64,000 nt of DNA from an uncultured Methylomirabilota bacterium (GCA_963845565.1 CAWJSJ010000002.1:448001-512000); one strand, 5' to 3'. Numbered from the stretch's first letter, positions 1 through 12,781 are shown. The notes: a model not told the origin generated them from the letters alone. A program made the numbers and translations.

Positions 1-848
1 CGCGCGATGGCGGGCGCCAGGACGTTCTTCTCGAAGTCCGCCAGCCGGACCACGAGCGCGACCAGCACGCCGAAGGCGAACCCACCGATGTGCGCCCAGA
101 CCGCGATCCCGCCGCCCGCGCCCGACCGAGCCATGGCGAACTGCTGGAGGAGCCAGAGCGGCAAGGCCACGAAGGCCGGCATGACGAACGTGCCCCGGAC
201 GATGAGGAACCAGTAGAAGAACCGTATCCGCGTCCGGGCGAGCCGGACCAGGAATGCGCCCATCAGGCCTGCGATGGCCCCCGAAGCGCCCACCATGGGC
301 ACGGGGCTGTGCGGCGTCATGGCCGCGTGGAGCAAGGCGGCGACCACCCCGCTGGCCAGATACAGCAGCAGGAAGAGGACGCGCCCCCAGCGGTCCTCCA
401 GGCTGCCACCCGCAAGCCACAGAAACAGCATATTGCCGAGGAGGTGCATCCACCCCCCATGGAGGAACATGGAGGTGAAGAGCGTCAGCAGCCGGGGTTC
501 CGCCGGGACGTAGCCGTAGGTCCGGTAGATGTTACCCTTCGTGCCCGACCGGAGCTCGGCCAGCATCTCGTCGAGCCGCGCCTGCTCCCGGGCGACGGTC
601 TCGGAGGACAGGTCGGCGCGCGGCGGGCCGGGCGGGATCACACGGCGGAGCTCCTCCGAAACCCGCAGATAGGGCCGGTCGGCGGCGTAGCGAACGACCT
701 CCTGGACCCGTTGGCGCGTCTCGGCGGCCTGCTGCTGTGCGACCTGATTGGTGAAGAGAAAGACCAGGACGTTGGCGGCGACCAGAAGGATGGTCACCCA
801 CGGCAGACGCCGCACCTGTTGGTCTTCGTGCCCGATCGGGATCAGCAT
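1..848 (-). CDS. Rhomboid family intramembrane serine protease (runs off left edge)
   Basis: Manual translation from the ATG at 848: MLIPIGHEDQQVRRLPWVTILLVAANVLVF...FTSMFLHGGWMHLLGNMLFLW...MVGASGAIAG...VWAHIGGFAFG. GASG serine motif and AHxGG histidine motif present; GGAGG RBS upstream. Not in the ORF track because it has no stop in the window. Confidence 0.9.
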   Translation of the reverse strand, partial: MLIPIGHEDQQVRRLPWVTILLVAANVLVFLFTNQVAQQQAAETRQRVQEVVRYAADRPYLRVSEELRRVIPPGPPRADLSSETVAREQARLDEMLAELRSGTKGNIYRTYGYVPAEPRLLTLFTSMFLHGGWMHLLGNMLFLWLAGGSLEDRWGRVLFLLLYLASGVVAALLHAAMTPHSPVPMVGASGAIAGLMGAFLVRLARTRIRFFYWFLIVRGTFVMPAFVALPLWLLQQFAMARSGAGGGIAVWAHIGGFAFGVLVALVVRLADFEKNVLAPAIA

Positions 849-1021
849 GCTCTTCCGCCTCCGCGCGGTGCCAGGGTGCCCCGTGTCGGCCAGACGGTAC
901 CATTGATGCCGCCGGTGTCAAGACGAAACCGACGGCTTGTGAGGGGTTCGGGATGAGAGGTGGGTGGAGCGGAGCGCCGCGACCAAGAGCCGCCCTCGGG
1001 TTCCCGCCTTCCGGAATCACG

Positions 1022-1051
1022 TTGACAGTGCCGGGCCACCCTGCCTAGACT
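1022..1051 (+). promoter_or_regulatory. sigma70-type promoter of SBP gene 1
   Basis: TTGACA-N18-TAGACT; the same architecture recurs before SBP2 and SBP3. Confidence 0.7.
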
Positions 1052-1105
1052 GCCGCAACGGCGGACCCATCACCAGACGCACCCTTCAACCCGGGAGGTA
1101 GGCAG

Positions 1106-3178
1106 ATGGCTCGCAATCGAACCGGAGTGACGCGGCGGGAGTTCTTACAGCGGACGGCGCTTGCCTCGGGCGCCGTCGCCTTGGCGGGCGTACCGATCTC
1201 CGGCGCCCTTGCCGGTCAGGCGGAGCCAAAGATCGGCGCCCAGCTCATCGGGAAACTGGAGGGCCCCTCGCTGGTGCTTGACCCGTTGAAGTGGCCCAAG
1301 AAGTACGGGGAGGCGCCGGCGCTGGCCGAGTTGGTCAAGGCCGGCAAGCTCCCTCCGGTGGCCCAGCGCATCCCCGAGGAGCCGATGGTGGTGAAACCGC
1401 TCCACTCCATCGGCAAGTACGGCGGAAACTGGCGTCGTGCCTTCACCGGGCCGGGCGACGGCGAGAATGGCAACCGGATCGTGGCCACGGATAAGATCCT
1501 GTTCTGGGACTACACCGGGACCAAGGTCATGCCCTGCCTTGCCAGGGATTGGCGCCTGAGCGACGACGGCAAGGTCTGCACCATCTTCCTCCGGAAGGGT
1601 CACAGGTGGTCCGACGGACAGCCCTTTACGGCCGACGACTTCGTCTTCTGGTTCGAGGATATCTATTCCAACAAGGACCTGCAGCCCACACCGGACCCGT
1701 TCTTCATGGTCAACGGCAAGCCCGGCCGCCTGTACAAGCGCGACGACCACACGGTCGTGTTCGAATTCCCGGAGTCCAACTACATGTTCGTGGACGTCCT
1801 GGCGGGGAGCACCACCATGGGCGGCGGCCAGGCGCGCGAGCAGCACCTGGGCCGCACCATGGGCGCCTACATGCCCGCCCACTACCTCAAGCAGTTCCAC
1901 CCGAAACACATCGGGAAGGAAGAGGCCGACCGCAAGGCCAAGGCGGTGGGTTTCGACGGATGGCTGAGCTACCTCAAGAACCGCTGGGACTGGCGGCTCA
2001 ACACCGACCTCCCCGTCCTGGGCCCTTGGAAGACCGTCACGCCGATCAACACGCCGACCTGGGCGCTCGAGCGGAACCCGTACTATTACGGCGTCGACAG
2101 CGAGGGCAACCAGCTCCCCTACATCGACCGGATCACCATGGGTCTGGCCGAGAACCTGGAGGTCGTCAACCTGCGCGCCATCGCCGGGCAGTACGACTTC
2201 ATGGAGCGCCACACCAGCCTCGGCAAGCTCCCCGTCTTCCTGGAGAACCGAGACAAGGGGAACTACACCGTGCACCTGGATCCGGCCCTGAACGGCGGCG
2301 ATGCCGTCTTGCACACTAACCAGGCGTACGAAGGCGATCCGGAGATCCAGAAATGGATCCTCACCCGGGACTTCCGCCGCGCCCTCTCCATGGGCATCGA
2401 CCGCGACCAGCTCAACGAGACGTTCTGGCTGGGCGTGGGGACGCCGGGCTCGGTCGCGCCCTCGGAGAGCGCGCCGGAGAATCCCGGTCCCGAGTGGCGC
2501 AAGAAGTGGTCGGTCCTGGACGTGAAGCAGGCCAACCAGCTCCTGGACAAGATCGGCCTGAGCAAGAAGGACGGCGACGGCTATCGCCTGCGGACCGACG
2601 GCAAGGGGCGGCTCCGGATCGAGCTGCAAACCATCGCGGGGGCCTTCATCAACTTCGCCCAGGTCGCCGAGATGATCAAGGAGCAGTGGAAGAAGATCGG
2701 CATCCAGACGGATGTGAAGGACCTGGAGCGCAACCTCTTCTTCACCAAGATCGCCAACAACGAGCACCAGATCGCGATCTTCATCAACGACGGCTCTGAG
2801 CAGATCTACCTCTACCCCCGCTACGCCCTGCCGGTGGACCCGATCCAGTGCCCTTTGGGCCATCCCATCGCCCGGTGGTACGCCAGCGACGGAAAACAGG
2901 GCAAGCCGCCCCAGGACCCGGAACTCTTGCGGGCGCTCGAACTGTTCAGGTCCGCGCCCGGCAAGAAGGCGCCGGAGCGACGGAAGATCGCCCAGGAGAT
3001 CTGGAAGATCCTGGTGGACGGCCAGTTCAGCATCGGCACCGTCGGCCTCTCGCCGGCCGTCATGGGTGTCCGGATCGTGAGCAAGCGGATGGGGAACATC
3101 CCGGCGCGCCAGGTCAACGCGCAGCACGCCCGGACCCCGTGCAGCTCCCATCCGGCGACCTTCTTCTTCAAGGCATAG
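1106..3178 (+). CDS. ABC transporter substrate-binding protein, family 5 (Dpp/Opp/Nik-like), Tat signal; paralog 1
   Basis: TRREFL twin-arginine signal; LPPVAQRIP, GKYGG, WSDGQPFTADD, GNQLPYID and FRRALSMGIDR motifs; upstream of dppBCDF-like genes. Confidence 0.92.
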   Translation: MARNRTGVTRREFLQRTALASGAVALAGVPISGALAGQAEPKIGAQLIGKLEGPSLVLDPLKWPKKYGEAPALAELVKAGKLPPVAQRIPEEPMVVKPLHSIGKYGGNWRRAFTGPGDGENGNRIVATDKILFWDYTGTKVMPCLARDWRLSDDGKVCTIFLRKGHRWSDGQPFTADDFVFWFEDIYSNKDLQPTPDPFFMVNGKPGRLYKRDDHTVVFEFPESNYMFVDVLAGSTTMGGGQAREQHLGRTMGAYMPAHYLKQFHPKHIGKEEADRKAKAVGFDGWLSYLKNRWDWRLNTDLPVLGPWKTVTPINTPTWALERNPYYYGVDSEGNQLPYIDRITMGLAENLEVVNLRAIAGQYDFMERHTSLGKLPVFLENRDKGNYTVHLDPALNGGDAVLHTNQAYEGDPEIQKWILTRDFRRALSMGIDRDQLNETFWLGVGTPGSVAPSESAPENPGPEWRKKWSVLDVKQANQLLDKIGLSKKDGDGYRLRTDGKGRLRIELQTIAGAFINFAQVAEMIKEQWKKIGIQTDVKDLERNLFFTKIANNEHQIAIFINDGSEQIYLYPRYALPVDPIQCPLGHPIARWYASDGKQGKPPQDPELLRALELFRSAPGKKAPERRKIAQEIWKILVDGQFSIGTVGLSPAVMGVRIVSKRMGNIPARQVNAQHARTPCSSHPATFFFKA

Positions 3179-3194
3179 ACTGGAGCCATCCACC

Positions 3195-3229
3195 TTAGGA
3201 GCCGTTACGAAATTCTTTGACAACGGCTT
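3195..3229. repeat. IS/MITE-end-like remnant shared with 13772-13875
   Basis: TTAGGAGCCGTTACGAAAT is identical to 13772-13790, and TTCTTTGACAACGGCTT is identical to 13859-13875. Confidence 0.6.
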
Positions 3230-3230
3230 C

Positions 3231-3270
3231 CACCGGCCGCCACCGTTTTCCGGGGCGGCCGGTGTTATTT
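3231..3270 (+). terminator. Putative intrinsic terminator after SBP1
   Basis: CACCGGCCGCC...GGCGGCCGGTG stem followed by TTATTT. Confidence 0.6.
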
Positions 3271-3338
3271 CGTCCATCCCCTGCGCGGTTGCCACCGAAC
3301 GGACAACGGCTCGAGACTGTCCTTCGCCCAGATTGCCG

Positions 3339-3368
3339 TTGACTTCGCGTTCCCATACTGACTAGACT
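3339..3368 (+). promoter_or_regulatory. sigma70-type promoter of SBP gene 2
   Basis: TTGACT-N18-TAGACT. Confidence 0.7.
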
Positions 3369-3435
3369 TCCAGCAGGGAGTGGGCTGACTGTTCTGTCCC
3401 GAAATTCCCCGTAACGTAGGAAGGAGGCTTTCCTC

Positions 3436-5515
3436 ATGTCGAAGAAGGCAAAAGGCGTCACTCGTCGCGAGTTCCTCCTGGACACGGCGCTCGCCTCGGG
3501 TGCCTTGGCCCTCACGGGCCTTGCGCCCACGACGTCGCTGGCAGGGCAGGCGGAGCCCAAGCTCGGTGCCCAGTTCATCGGGAAGCTGGAAGGGCCGGAG
3601 ATCATCCGCGATGTGGCGAAGTTTCCCAAGCAGTTCGGCGAGGCCCCCATGCTGGCCGAGCTGGTGAAGGCCGGCAAGCTCCCGCCGGTGGCGCAGCGCT
3701 TGCCCGAGCCGGCGGACCTGATGGTCGTCAAGCCCCTGAAGGAAATCGGAAAGTACGGCGGGCGCTGGCGCCGCGGCTTCACCGGGCCCGCCGACACCGA
3801 GAACGGGAACCGGATCGTCTCCACGGACAAGATCTTGATGTGGGACTACACCGGGAACAAGGTCGCGCCCTCCCTCGCCAAGGACTGGCGCCTCAGCGAC
3901 GACGGAAAGGTCTGCACGATCTTTCTGCGCAAGGGGCTCAAGTGGTCGGATGGGCAGCCGTTCACCGCGGACGACTTCCTGTTCTGGTACGAGGAGATTT
4001 ACCAGAACAAGGAGCTCGTGCCGGCCCCGGCCCCGGAGTTCACGATCAACGGCAAGCCGGGGCGGATGTACAAGCGCGACGACTACACCGTGGTCTTCGA
4101 GTTTCCCGAGCCGTACTTCCTCTTCGTGGACATCCTGGCCGGCGACACCCTGATCGGCGGCGGACAGGCCACGGGGATGGCGCGCGCCTCGTTCATGGGC
4201 GGGTACGCCCCGGCCCACTACCTCAAGCAGTTCCTGCCCAAGTACTCTTCGGCCGACGAGGTCACGCGCAAGGCCAAGGCCGCCAGCTTCGACAGCTGGG
4301 TGAGCTACTTCCGCAATCGCACCAACTGGGCGCTGAACCCCGACCTGCCCGTCCTGGGGCCGTGGAAGACCGTCAGCCCGATCAATACTCCGACCTGGGC
4401 CATGGAGCGGAATCCGTACTACTGGGCCGTGGATACGGCGGGGAATCAATTGCCGTACATCGACCGGATCGTCATGAACCTGGCGGAGAATCTCGAGGTG
4501 CTCAACCTGCGGGCCATCGCCGGTGAATACGACCTGCAGGAGCGCCACGTGAGCCTCAACAAGCTGCCGGTCTTTATCGAGAACCAGAAGAAGGGCAATT
4601 ACAGCATCCGCCTGGACACGCAGCAGGCGGGCTGCGACGCGGCCATGCTCGTCAATACCGCCTACGAGGCCGACCCCGAAATCGCCAAGTGGCTCAAGAC
4701 CCGGGACTTCCGTCGCGCCCTGGCCCTGGGGATCGACCGCGATCAGCTCAACGAGGCTTTCTGGCTGGGCATCGGGACGCCCGGCTCGTGTGCGCCGGCG
4801 GACGATTCGTCCAACAGCCCTGGCAAGGAGTATCGGAAGAAGTGGGGCGTGCTGGATCTCAAGCAGGCCAACGACATGCTGGACAAGCTCGGCCTGACCA
4901 AGAAGGACGGCGAGGGCTACCGTCTGCGGACCGACGGCAAGGGGCGGCTCCGGATCGAGCTGATGACGGTGGGCGGCCAGTTCATCCCGTTCACCCAGGT
5001 CGCCGAGATGATCAGGCAGCAGTGGAGGAAGATCGGCATCGACGCCGACGTGAAGGAGACCGAGCGCAGCCTGGCCTTCACCAAGACCGCCAACGCGGAA
5101 CACCACATCATGTTCTGGACGGTCTGCGGGTCGGAGAACCTCTACCTCTTCCCGCGCCACGTCCTGCCGGTGGATACCGCCGAATGCCATCTCGGCATGC
5201 CGTTCGCCCGCTGGTACGCCACCAACGGGGCCCAGGGCAAGAAGCCGGACAACCCGGAGATGCTGCGCGCCTTCGAGCTGTATCCGCTCGGCGGCGGGCA
5301 AGAAAGAGGCCGAGCGGACGAAGATCGCCCAGGAGATCTGGAAGATCATCGTGGAGGAGTGCTGGGTCATCGGCACCGTGGGCCTCTCCCCGGCCTTCAT
5401 GGGCGTGCGGATCACCAAGAACAACATGGGGAACATCCCCACGCGGCAGACCAACGCGCAGCACGCCCGGACGCCGAACACCTCGCATCCGGCAACGTTC
5501 TTCTTCAAGTCGTAA
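3436..5515 (+). CDS. ABC substrate-binding protein family 5, Tat signal; paralog 2 (one frameshift near 5283)
   Basis: Collinear with paralog 1; after the shift the C-terminus continues to ...QTNAQHARTPNTSHPATFFFKS* in another frame. Confidence 0.9.
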
Positions 5516-5535
5516 CGCACGCCCTCGCGCCACCC

Positions 5536-5576
5536 GACACCCGCCCTCGCGACCGCGAGGGCGGGTGTTCTCTTTT
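5536..5576 (+). terminator. Intrinsic terminator after SBP2
   Basis: ACACCCGCCCTCGC-GACC-GCGAGGGCGGGTGT perfect stem followed by TCTCTTTT. Confidence 0.8.
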
Positions 5577-5641
5577 CGGGGTGCCTGTCCGCAGGGTGGT
5601 TACGGGCCAGGGCCTGTTCGCGTTTTGCTCCCAGAATGCCG

Positions 5642-5671
5642 TTGACATCGAGTGTGGGCGCCGACTAGACT
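5642..5671 (+). promoter_or_regulatory. sigma70-type promoter of SBP gene 3 and the permease operon
   Basis: TTGACA-N18-TAGACT. Confidence 0.7.
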
Positions 5672-5807
5672 CCCGCCACAGATTCATATTCCGGCCCTGA
5701 ACGCGCACGAGATGAGTTGCCGATTACCGGGCCGACCTCGTGGGACCGAACGGCCTCCGACGTGGAGGTGTGGCGTGATTCCAGCGAAGCCTGAGGAGGA
5801 AACGACC

Positions 5808-7888
5808 ATGGCGAAGAAGCGAACAGGTGTGACACGGCGCGAGTTCCTGCAGCACGCGGCGCTGGCCTCCGGCGCCATGGCCCTGACCAGCCTCGCCCCC
5901 ACGGCAGCGCTGGCCGCCCAAGCGGGCGAGGCAAAGATCGGGTCTCAGCTCATCGGAAAGCTTGAGGGGCCCAGCTTGATCTTGGATCCTGACAAATGGC
6001 CCAAGAAGTTCGCCGAGGCCCCCATGCTGGCCGAAATGGTCAAGGCCGGCAAGCTCCCGCCGGTGGAAAAGCGCATCCCCGAGGAGCCGATGGTCGTGAA
6101 GCCGCTGCAGAGCGTCGGCAAGTACGGCGGGACGTGGCGGCGCGGCTTCACCGGTCCCGGCGACGGTGAGAACGGGAACCGCATCGTCTCCACCGACAAG
6201 ATCCTCTTCTGGGACTACACCGGAACCAAGATCATGCCGTGCCTGGCCAAGGACTGGAAGGTCAGCGACGACGGTCGGGTCGTCGTCATCACACTCCGCA
6301 AGGGGCACCAAGTGGTCCGACGGCCAGCCGTTCACCGCGGACGACTTCGTCTTCTGGTACGAAGACGTGTACATGAACAAGGACATCCAGCCGAGCCCGC
6401 ATCCCGACTTCATGGTGAACGGCAAGCCGGGACGCCTGACCAAGCGCGACGACTACACGGTCATGTTCGAGTTCCCCGAGCCGAACTACCTGTTCGTGGA
6501 CATCCTGGCGGGGAGCACCGCCATGGGCGGCGGCCAGGCCACCCAGCAGCACTTCGGCCGCACCATGGGCGCCTACATGCCCGCCCATTACATCAAGCAG
6601 TTCCTGCCGAAGTACTCGTCGCGGGACGAGGTGGACAAGAAGGCCAAGGCGGCGGGATTCGACGGCTGGCTGAGCTACATCAAGAACCGCTGGGACTGGC
6701 GGCTGAACCCCGAGTTGCCGACGCTCGGCCCCTGGAAGACCGTCAGCCCGATCAACACGCCGACCTGGGGGTTGGAGCGCAACCCCTATTACTATGGCGT
6801 CGACAGCGAGGGGAACCAGCTTCCCTACATCGACAAGATCAGCATGGGGCGTGGCGGAGAACCTGGAGGTCCTGAACCTCCGCGCCATCGCGGGGCAGTA
6901 CGACCTGCAGGAGCGGCACACCGCCATGGGGAAGATCCCCGTCTTCCTGGAGAACCGCAGCAAGGGCAACTACGACCTCCGCCTCGACCCGGCCCTGAAC
7001 GGCTCGGACGCCACGCTGCAGATCAATCATGCCTACGAGGCGGATCCCGAGATCGCGAAGTGGTTGCACAATCGGGACTTCCGCCGGGCGCTCTCCCTCG
7101 GCATCGAGCGCGACCAGCTCAACGAGACCTTCTGGCTCGGGATCGGCGTCGCCGGCTCCATCGTACCGGCGGACAGCTCGCCCTACAGCCCGGGAGCCGA
7201 GTGGCGGAAGAAGTGGTCCACGTACAACCCGAAGCAGGCCAGCGAGCTGTTGGACAAGATCGGCCTGACGAAGAAGGACAATGAAGGGTACCGGCTGCGG
7301 ACCGACGGCAAGGGGCGGCTGCGCATCGAACTGCAGACGTCGGCGGGGGCCTTCATCCCCCACACGCAGGTCGCCGAGATGATCAAGGAGCAATGGAAGA
7401 AGATCGGGATCCAGGCGGATCCCAAAGAGCTGGAGCGGGCTCTCTTCTTCACGAAGATCAAGGCCAACGAGCATCAGATCGCCATCTGGGCGAATGACGG
7501 CACGGAGGTGCTCTACCTCTTCCCGCGTCACGCCCTGCCGGTGGATCCGGTGGAAGCGCTGATGGGCCACCCGATCGCCGACTGGTTCGCCAGCAACGGG
7601 AAGGCCGGAAAAGCGCCGAAGGACCCGGAGATGCTCAAGGCCCTGGAGATGTTCCGTTCCGCAGGGAGCAAGAAGACGGCCCAAGAGCGCTACAAGGTCG
7701 CCCAGGAGATCTTCAAGATCATCGTGGATAACCAGTTCTCCATCGGCACGGTCGGGCAGTCGCCCGCCACCATGGGCGTGCGGATCGTGAGCAAGAAGCT
7801 GGGCAACATCCCCTCTCGCCAGGTCAATGCCCAGCACGCCCGGACCCCGTGCAGCTCGCATCCGGCCACGTTCTTCTTCAAGGCGTAA
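5808..7888 (+). CDS. ABC substrate-binding protein family 5, Tat signal; paralog 3 (frameshifts near 6305 and 6848)
   Basis: MAKKRTGVTRREFL start with GAGGAGG RBS; three ORF pieces join into a protein collinear with paralog 1; both shifts lie in G runs. Confidence 0.9.
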
Positions 7889-7969
7889 TGGCGCTCTTCG
7901 TGCGCCATCAGGGGCCACCACCCGACTTCCCGTCGGGTGGTGGCCGTCCCTCGTGAGAGGGGGCTCGAA

Positions 7970-8962
7970 ATGCTTGCGTATCTCGTTCGCCGCCTGATCC
8001 TAGCCGTCCTGACGACGTGGGCGGTCTCCGTCCTGTCCTTTGTCGTCATCCAGCTTCCGCCGGGTGACTACATCACCTCCTATATCGCCCAGATGTCCTC
8101 CTCGGGCAGCTTCGTCTCCGAGCAGGAGGCGAACGCCCTCCGTCAGCAGTACGGCCTGGATCAGCCACAGTACATCCAGTACATCCGCTGGATGAAGATG
8201 GTGCTCCAGGGGAACTTCGGCATGGCCCTGGAGTACGGCCGGCCCGTCGCGGAGGTCATCGGGGACCGCATCTATCTCACCATGGTGGTCTCCGTGGCGG
8301 CGATCATCTTCACCTGGTGCGCGGCCTTGCCCATCGGCATCTATTCGGCGGTGCGCCAGTACTCGTTCGGGGACTACGTGGCCACCTTCATCGGCTTCAT
8401 CGGCCTGGCCATCCCCAGCTTCATGCTGGCGCTGATCCTGATGTACTTCGGCTTCACGTTCTTCAACGCCAACATCGGGGGCCTCTTCTCCGACGAGTTC
8501 GCCGAGGCCCCCTGGTCGCTCGCCAAGCTCTGGGACCTGACGAAGCACCTGCCCCTGCCGGCCGCGATCCTGGGTCTGGCCGGGACCGCGCAGCTCATTC
8601 GCATCATGCGGGCGAACCTGCTGGACGAGCTGGGCAAGCCCTACGTCGTGACCGCCCGCGCCCGCGGCCTGTCCGAGGCGCGGCTGATCGTCAAGTATCC
8701 GGTCCGGGTGGCCCTCAACCCCTTCGCCAGCACCATCGGCTACCTGTTCCCGTATGTGGTGTCGGGGAGCATCATCGTCTCGCTGGTGCTGAGCCTGCCC
8801 ACGGTGGGGCCGCTCCTGCTCAAGTCTCTGGTGGCCCAGGACATGTTCCTGGCCGGCACCATCGTCCTGCTGCTGGGTGTCATGACGGTCATCGGCACGT
8901 TCATCTCGGACCTCCTTCTGATGTGGATCGATCCCCGCATCCGGTTCGAGGGGAAGCAATGA
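7970..8962 (+). CDS. ABC transporter permease (DppB/OppB-like)
   Basis: MLAYLVRRLI...LPPGD, YGLDQP, EAA-like loop YVVTARARGLSE, WIDPRIR C-terminus. Confidence 0.92.
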   Translation: MLAYLVRRLILAVLTTWAVSVLSFVVIQLPPGDYITSYIAQMSSSGSFVSEQEANALRQQYGLDQPQYIQYIRWMKMVLQGNFGMALEYGRPVAEVIGDRIYLTMVVSVAAIIFTWCAALPIGIYSAVRQYSFGDYVATFIGFIGLAIPSFMLALILMYFGFTFFNANIGGLFSDEFAEAPWSLAKLWDLTKHLPLPAAILGLAGTAQLIRIMRANLLDELGKPYVVTARARGLSEARLIVKYPVRVALNPFASTIGYLFPYVVSGSIIVSLVLSLPTVGPLLLKSLVAQDMFLAGTIVLLLGVMTVIGTFISDLLLMWIDPRIRFEGKQ

Positions 8963-10117
8963 CCGAGCCCGCAGCCCGCCCGGCTCCGCTGATCGACGAG
9001 GAAGCGCCCCTGGCGACCTCCACCGCCGAGGAGCGCATCTCCGTCGCCACCCAGTGGCAGCTCATGTGGTGGCGCTTCAGGAAGCATCGGCTGGCCATGG
9101 CGAGCACCGTCGTGGTGCTTCTCTTCTACCTGGTGGTGATCTTCGCCGACTTTCTGGCCTACTCCGACCCGCTCGCCTCCGAGGCACAGCGCTCCCTGTT
9201 GCCGCCGCAGCGGATCCACTGGTTCGACGAGGGGCGGTTCTCCCCCCACGTCTACGGCCTCACCGGCGTACGCGACCCGAACACCTTCAAGCGCGTCTAC
9301 ACCCCGGACCCCGGCAAGAAGATCCCCGTCAGGTTCTTCGCCGCGGGCTTCGAGTACCGTTTCCTGGGCATCATCCCCACGAACCTCCACCTCATCGGCG
9401 TAGAGGGCTCGACGCCCGAGGAGTCGCTGTTCCTGCTCGGCACCGACGAGCAGGGCCGCGACCTCTGGTCTCGACTGATGTACGGGACACAGACCTCACT
9501 TATCATCGGCCTGGTCGGCGTCAGCCTCAGCCTGCTCCTGGGGGTCTTCCTGGGAGGGATCTCGGGTCTCTACGGCGGAATCCTCGACACCGTCATCCAG
9601 CGCGTCATCGAGATCCTGCGCTCCATCCCGACCATCCCGCTGTGGATGGGCCTGGCGGCCGCCCTTCCCAACGACTGGAGCATCATCCAGGTCTACTTCG
9701 CCATCACCATCATCATCTCCCTCATCGGCTGGACCGAGCTGGCCCGCGTCGTGCGCGGCCGCTTCCTCTCGCTGCGGGAGGAAGATTTCGTCATGGCGGC
9801 GGAGCTCGCCGGCTGTGGCCAGATGCGGATCATCTTCACGCACCTGGTGCCCTCGTTCCTGAGCCACATCATCGCGGCGACGACCCTGGCGGTGCCGGCC
9901 ATGATCATCAGCGAGACCTCCCTGAGTTTCCTGGGCCTGGGTCTGCGGCCGCCGGCGATCAGCTGGGGAGTCCTGCTGCAGCAGGCACAGAACATCCAGG
10001 CCCTGGCGATCTCGCCCTGGTTGCTGATTCCCGTCGATCCCGGTGACGATCGTCATCCTGGCCTTCAACTTCATGGGGGACGGCCTGCGGGACGCGGCGG
10101 ACCCGTATGGACAATGA
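8959..10117 (+). CDS. ABC transporter permease (DppC/OppC-like), frameshift near 10036
   Basis: ATGA overlap with the previous gene; LGTDEQGRDLWSRLMYG, LSFLGLG, and the C-terminus NFMGDGLRDAADPY in the shifted frame. Confidence 0.9.
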
Positions 10118-10126
10118 TGAAGAAAC

Positions 10127-10214
10127 GACAGGGTGATCCGACAGGGACAGCGACAGCGGAAAGTCGAAATCTCTGGAGTGGGCTTTTTCCCTGTCCCGTA
10201 TCCCTGTCCGTGTC
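10127..10214. repeat. REP-like imperfect inverted repeat in the intergenic spacer
   Basis: (GACAGG/GACAGC)n arm versus (CCTGTC/CGTGTC)n arm. Confidence 0.45.
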
Positions 10215-10263
10215 GAAAGTCGTACGAGCGCGATAATGTCGACCTTGAACGACCGGCAGACGA

Positions 10264-11283
10264 GTGATTGAATTGGCTACTGAGAACGCCGCCGCGCCGA
10301 TCCTGTCGGTGCGCGACCTGAAAACCTATTTCTTCCCGGACGAAGGCACGGTCAAGGCCGTGGACGGCGCGAACTTCGACCTCTACCCCGGGAAGACGCT
10401 GGGGATCGTGGGCGAGAGCGGCTGCGGCAAGAGCGTGACGGCCCGCTCGATCCTCCGGATCGTGGAACGGCCGGGCCGGATCGTGGGCGGTGCGATCCTC
10501 CTCCGCAGGGACGGGACCGAGTTGGATCTGGCCCAGCTCGACCCGCAGGGCCAAGAGATGCGCCAGATCCGGGGCGGGGACATCGGGCTGGTCTTCCAGG
10601 AGCCGATGACCTCCTTCAGCCCCGTGCACACCGTCGGCAACCAGATCATCGAGACGATCCGGCTGCATCACCCCGTCAGTAAACAGGAAGCCAGGGAGCG
10701 AGGCATCGCCGCGTTCCGCTCCGTGGGCATCCCCAAACCGGAACGGCGCATCGACGAATTCGCCTTCGAGCTGAGCGGAGGGCTTCGCCAGCGGGCCATG
10801 ATCGCCATGGCCTTGTCCTGCGGCCCGCGCATCCTCATCGCGGACGAGCCGACGACGGCGCTGGACGTCACCACGCAGGCGCAGATTCTGGACCTCCTGC
10901 GCTCCCTGCAGGAGCGGGAGGGGATGACCATCATCCTGATCACGCACAACCTGGGTGTGGTGGCGGAGATGTGCGACAGCGTGGTGGTGATGTACCTGGG
11001 ACGCGTGGTGGAAGAAGGCCCGGTGGACGCCATCTTCCACAACGCCAAGCACCCATACACCCAGGCGCTCCTCCGCTCCATCCCCAGCATACGCTCTACC
11101 GCCCGGACGAAGCTGCCGACCATCGCCGGCTCCATCCCGCACCCCTACAACCGGCCGGCCGGCTGTCCGTTCTACCCGCGTTGTCCGGATTTCAAGCCGG
11201 GAGTGTGCGACAAGGCGGAACCCGGGCTCACGGTCGTGGGCGACGAGCAGGCGGTGAGCTGTTTCCTTTACGAGCGGACGTGA
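10264..11283 (+). CDS. ABC transporter ATP-binding protein (DppD/OppD-like)
   Basis: GESGCGKS Walker A, LSGGLRQR signature, [13 protein letters not shown] and C-terminal GCPFYPRC. Confidence 0.93.
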   Translation: MIELATENAAAPILSVRDLKTYFFPDEGTVKAVDGANFDLYPGKTLGIVGESGCGKSVTARSILRIVERPGRIVGGAILLRRDGTELDLAQLDPQGQEMRQIRGGDIGLVFQEPMTSFSPVHTVGNQIIETIRLHHPVSKQEARERGIAAFRSVGIPKPERRIDEFAFELSGGLRQRAMIAMALSCGPRILIADEPTTALDVTTQAQILDLLRSLQEREGMTIILITHNLGVVAEMCDSVVVMYLGRVVEEGPVDAIFHNAKHPYTQALLRSIPSIRSTARTKLPTIAGSIPHPYNRPAGCPFYPRCPDFKPGVCDKAEPGLTVVGDEQAVSCFLYERT

Positions 11284-11285
11284 CG

Positions 11286-12299
<1,014 letters not shown>

Positions 12300-12303
<4 letters not shown>

Positions 12304-12644
12304 GTGGAAGTCGGTTGGTGTACTCCACCGTCGGCGGGCGAGTCCGGCAGCCGGACGAACGCCCCACGGGGCCGGGCCGTTCGGCGGCGAAACCGGCGGC
12401 CCCAACCGACGGCGTGATTCGCATCTCCCGGGAGCGGGGTGGGCGGAACGGCAAGGTGGTGACCGTCATCCGGGGTCTGCCGTCCGGACCGGCGCTCCTC
12501 ACCCTGGCCGCCGACCTGAAGCGGCTCTGTGGTGCCGGCGGCGCCGTGAAAGATGGCGCGCTGGAGATTCAGGGGGACCATCGCGAGCGGCTGGCCGAAC
12601 GACTGCGGGCCCTGGGCCATCCCGTGAAACTCGCCGGCGGCTGA
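12300..12644 (+). CDS. yciH: SUI1 family translation initiation factor/inhibitor (YciH)
   Basis: GTGA overlap; RLVYST...[12 protein letters not shown]...[26 protein letters not shown]...KLAGG. Confidence 0.88.
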
Positions 12645-12781
12645 AGAATGGATGACCACGCCCGATGGGGGACCCCCCGGTGGCGCGTGCGAGCAAAGGA
12701 GCGTGGAATTGAAGCACTTCCGACGGCAGCAAGGCCCAGGGCTGGACCTGGGACGCGGCGCTCTGCGGTATTGTCCCACCG

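Noticed and set aside
90..956. 288-aa plus-strand ORF, and other long ORFs such as 1145-3295(-), 3265-5520(-), 52032-53984(+) and 58858-61098(+)
   Set aside because: Antisense or alternate-frame shadows of recognisable genes; long open frames are expected in GC-rich DNA and these have no motifs
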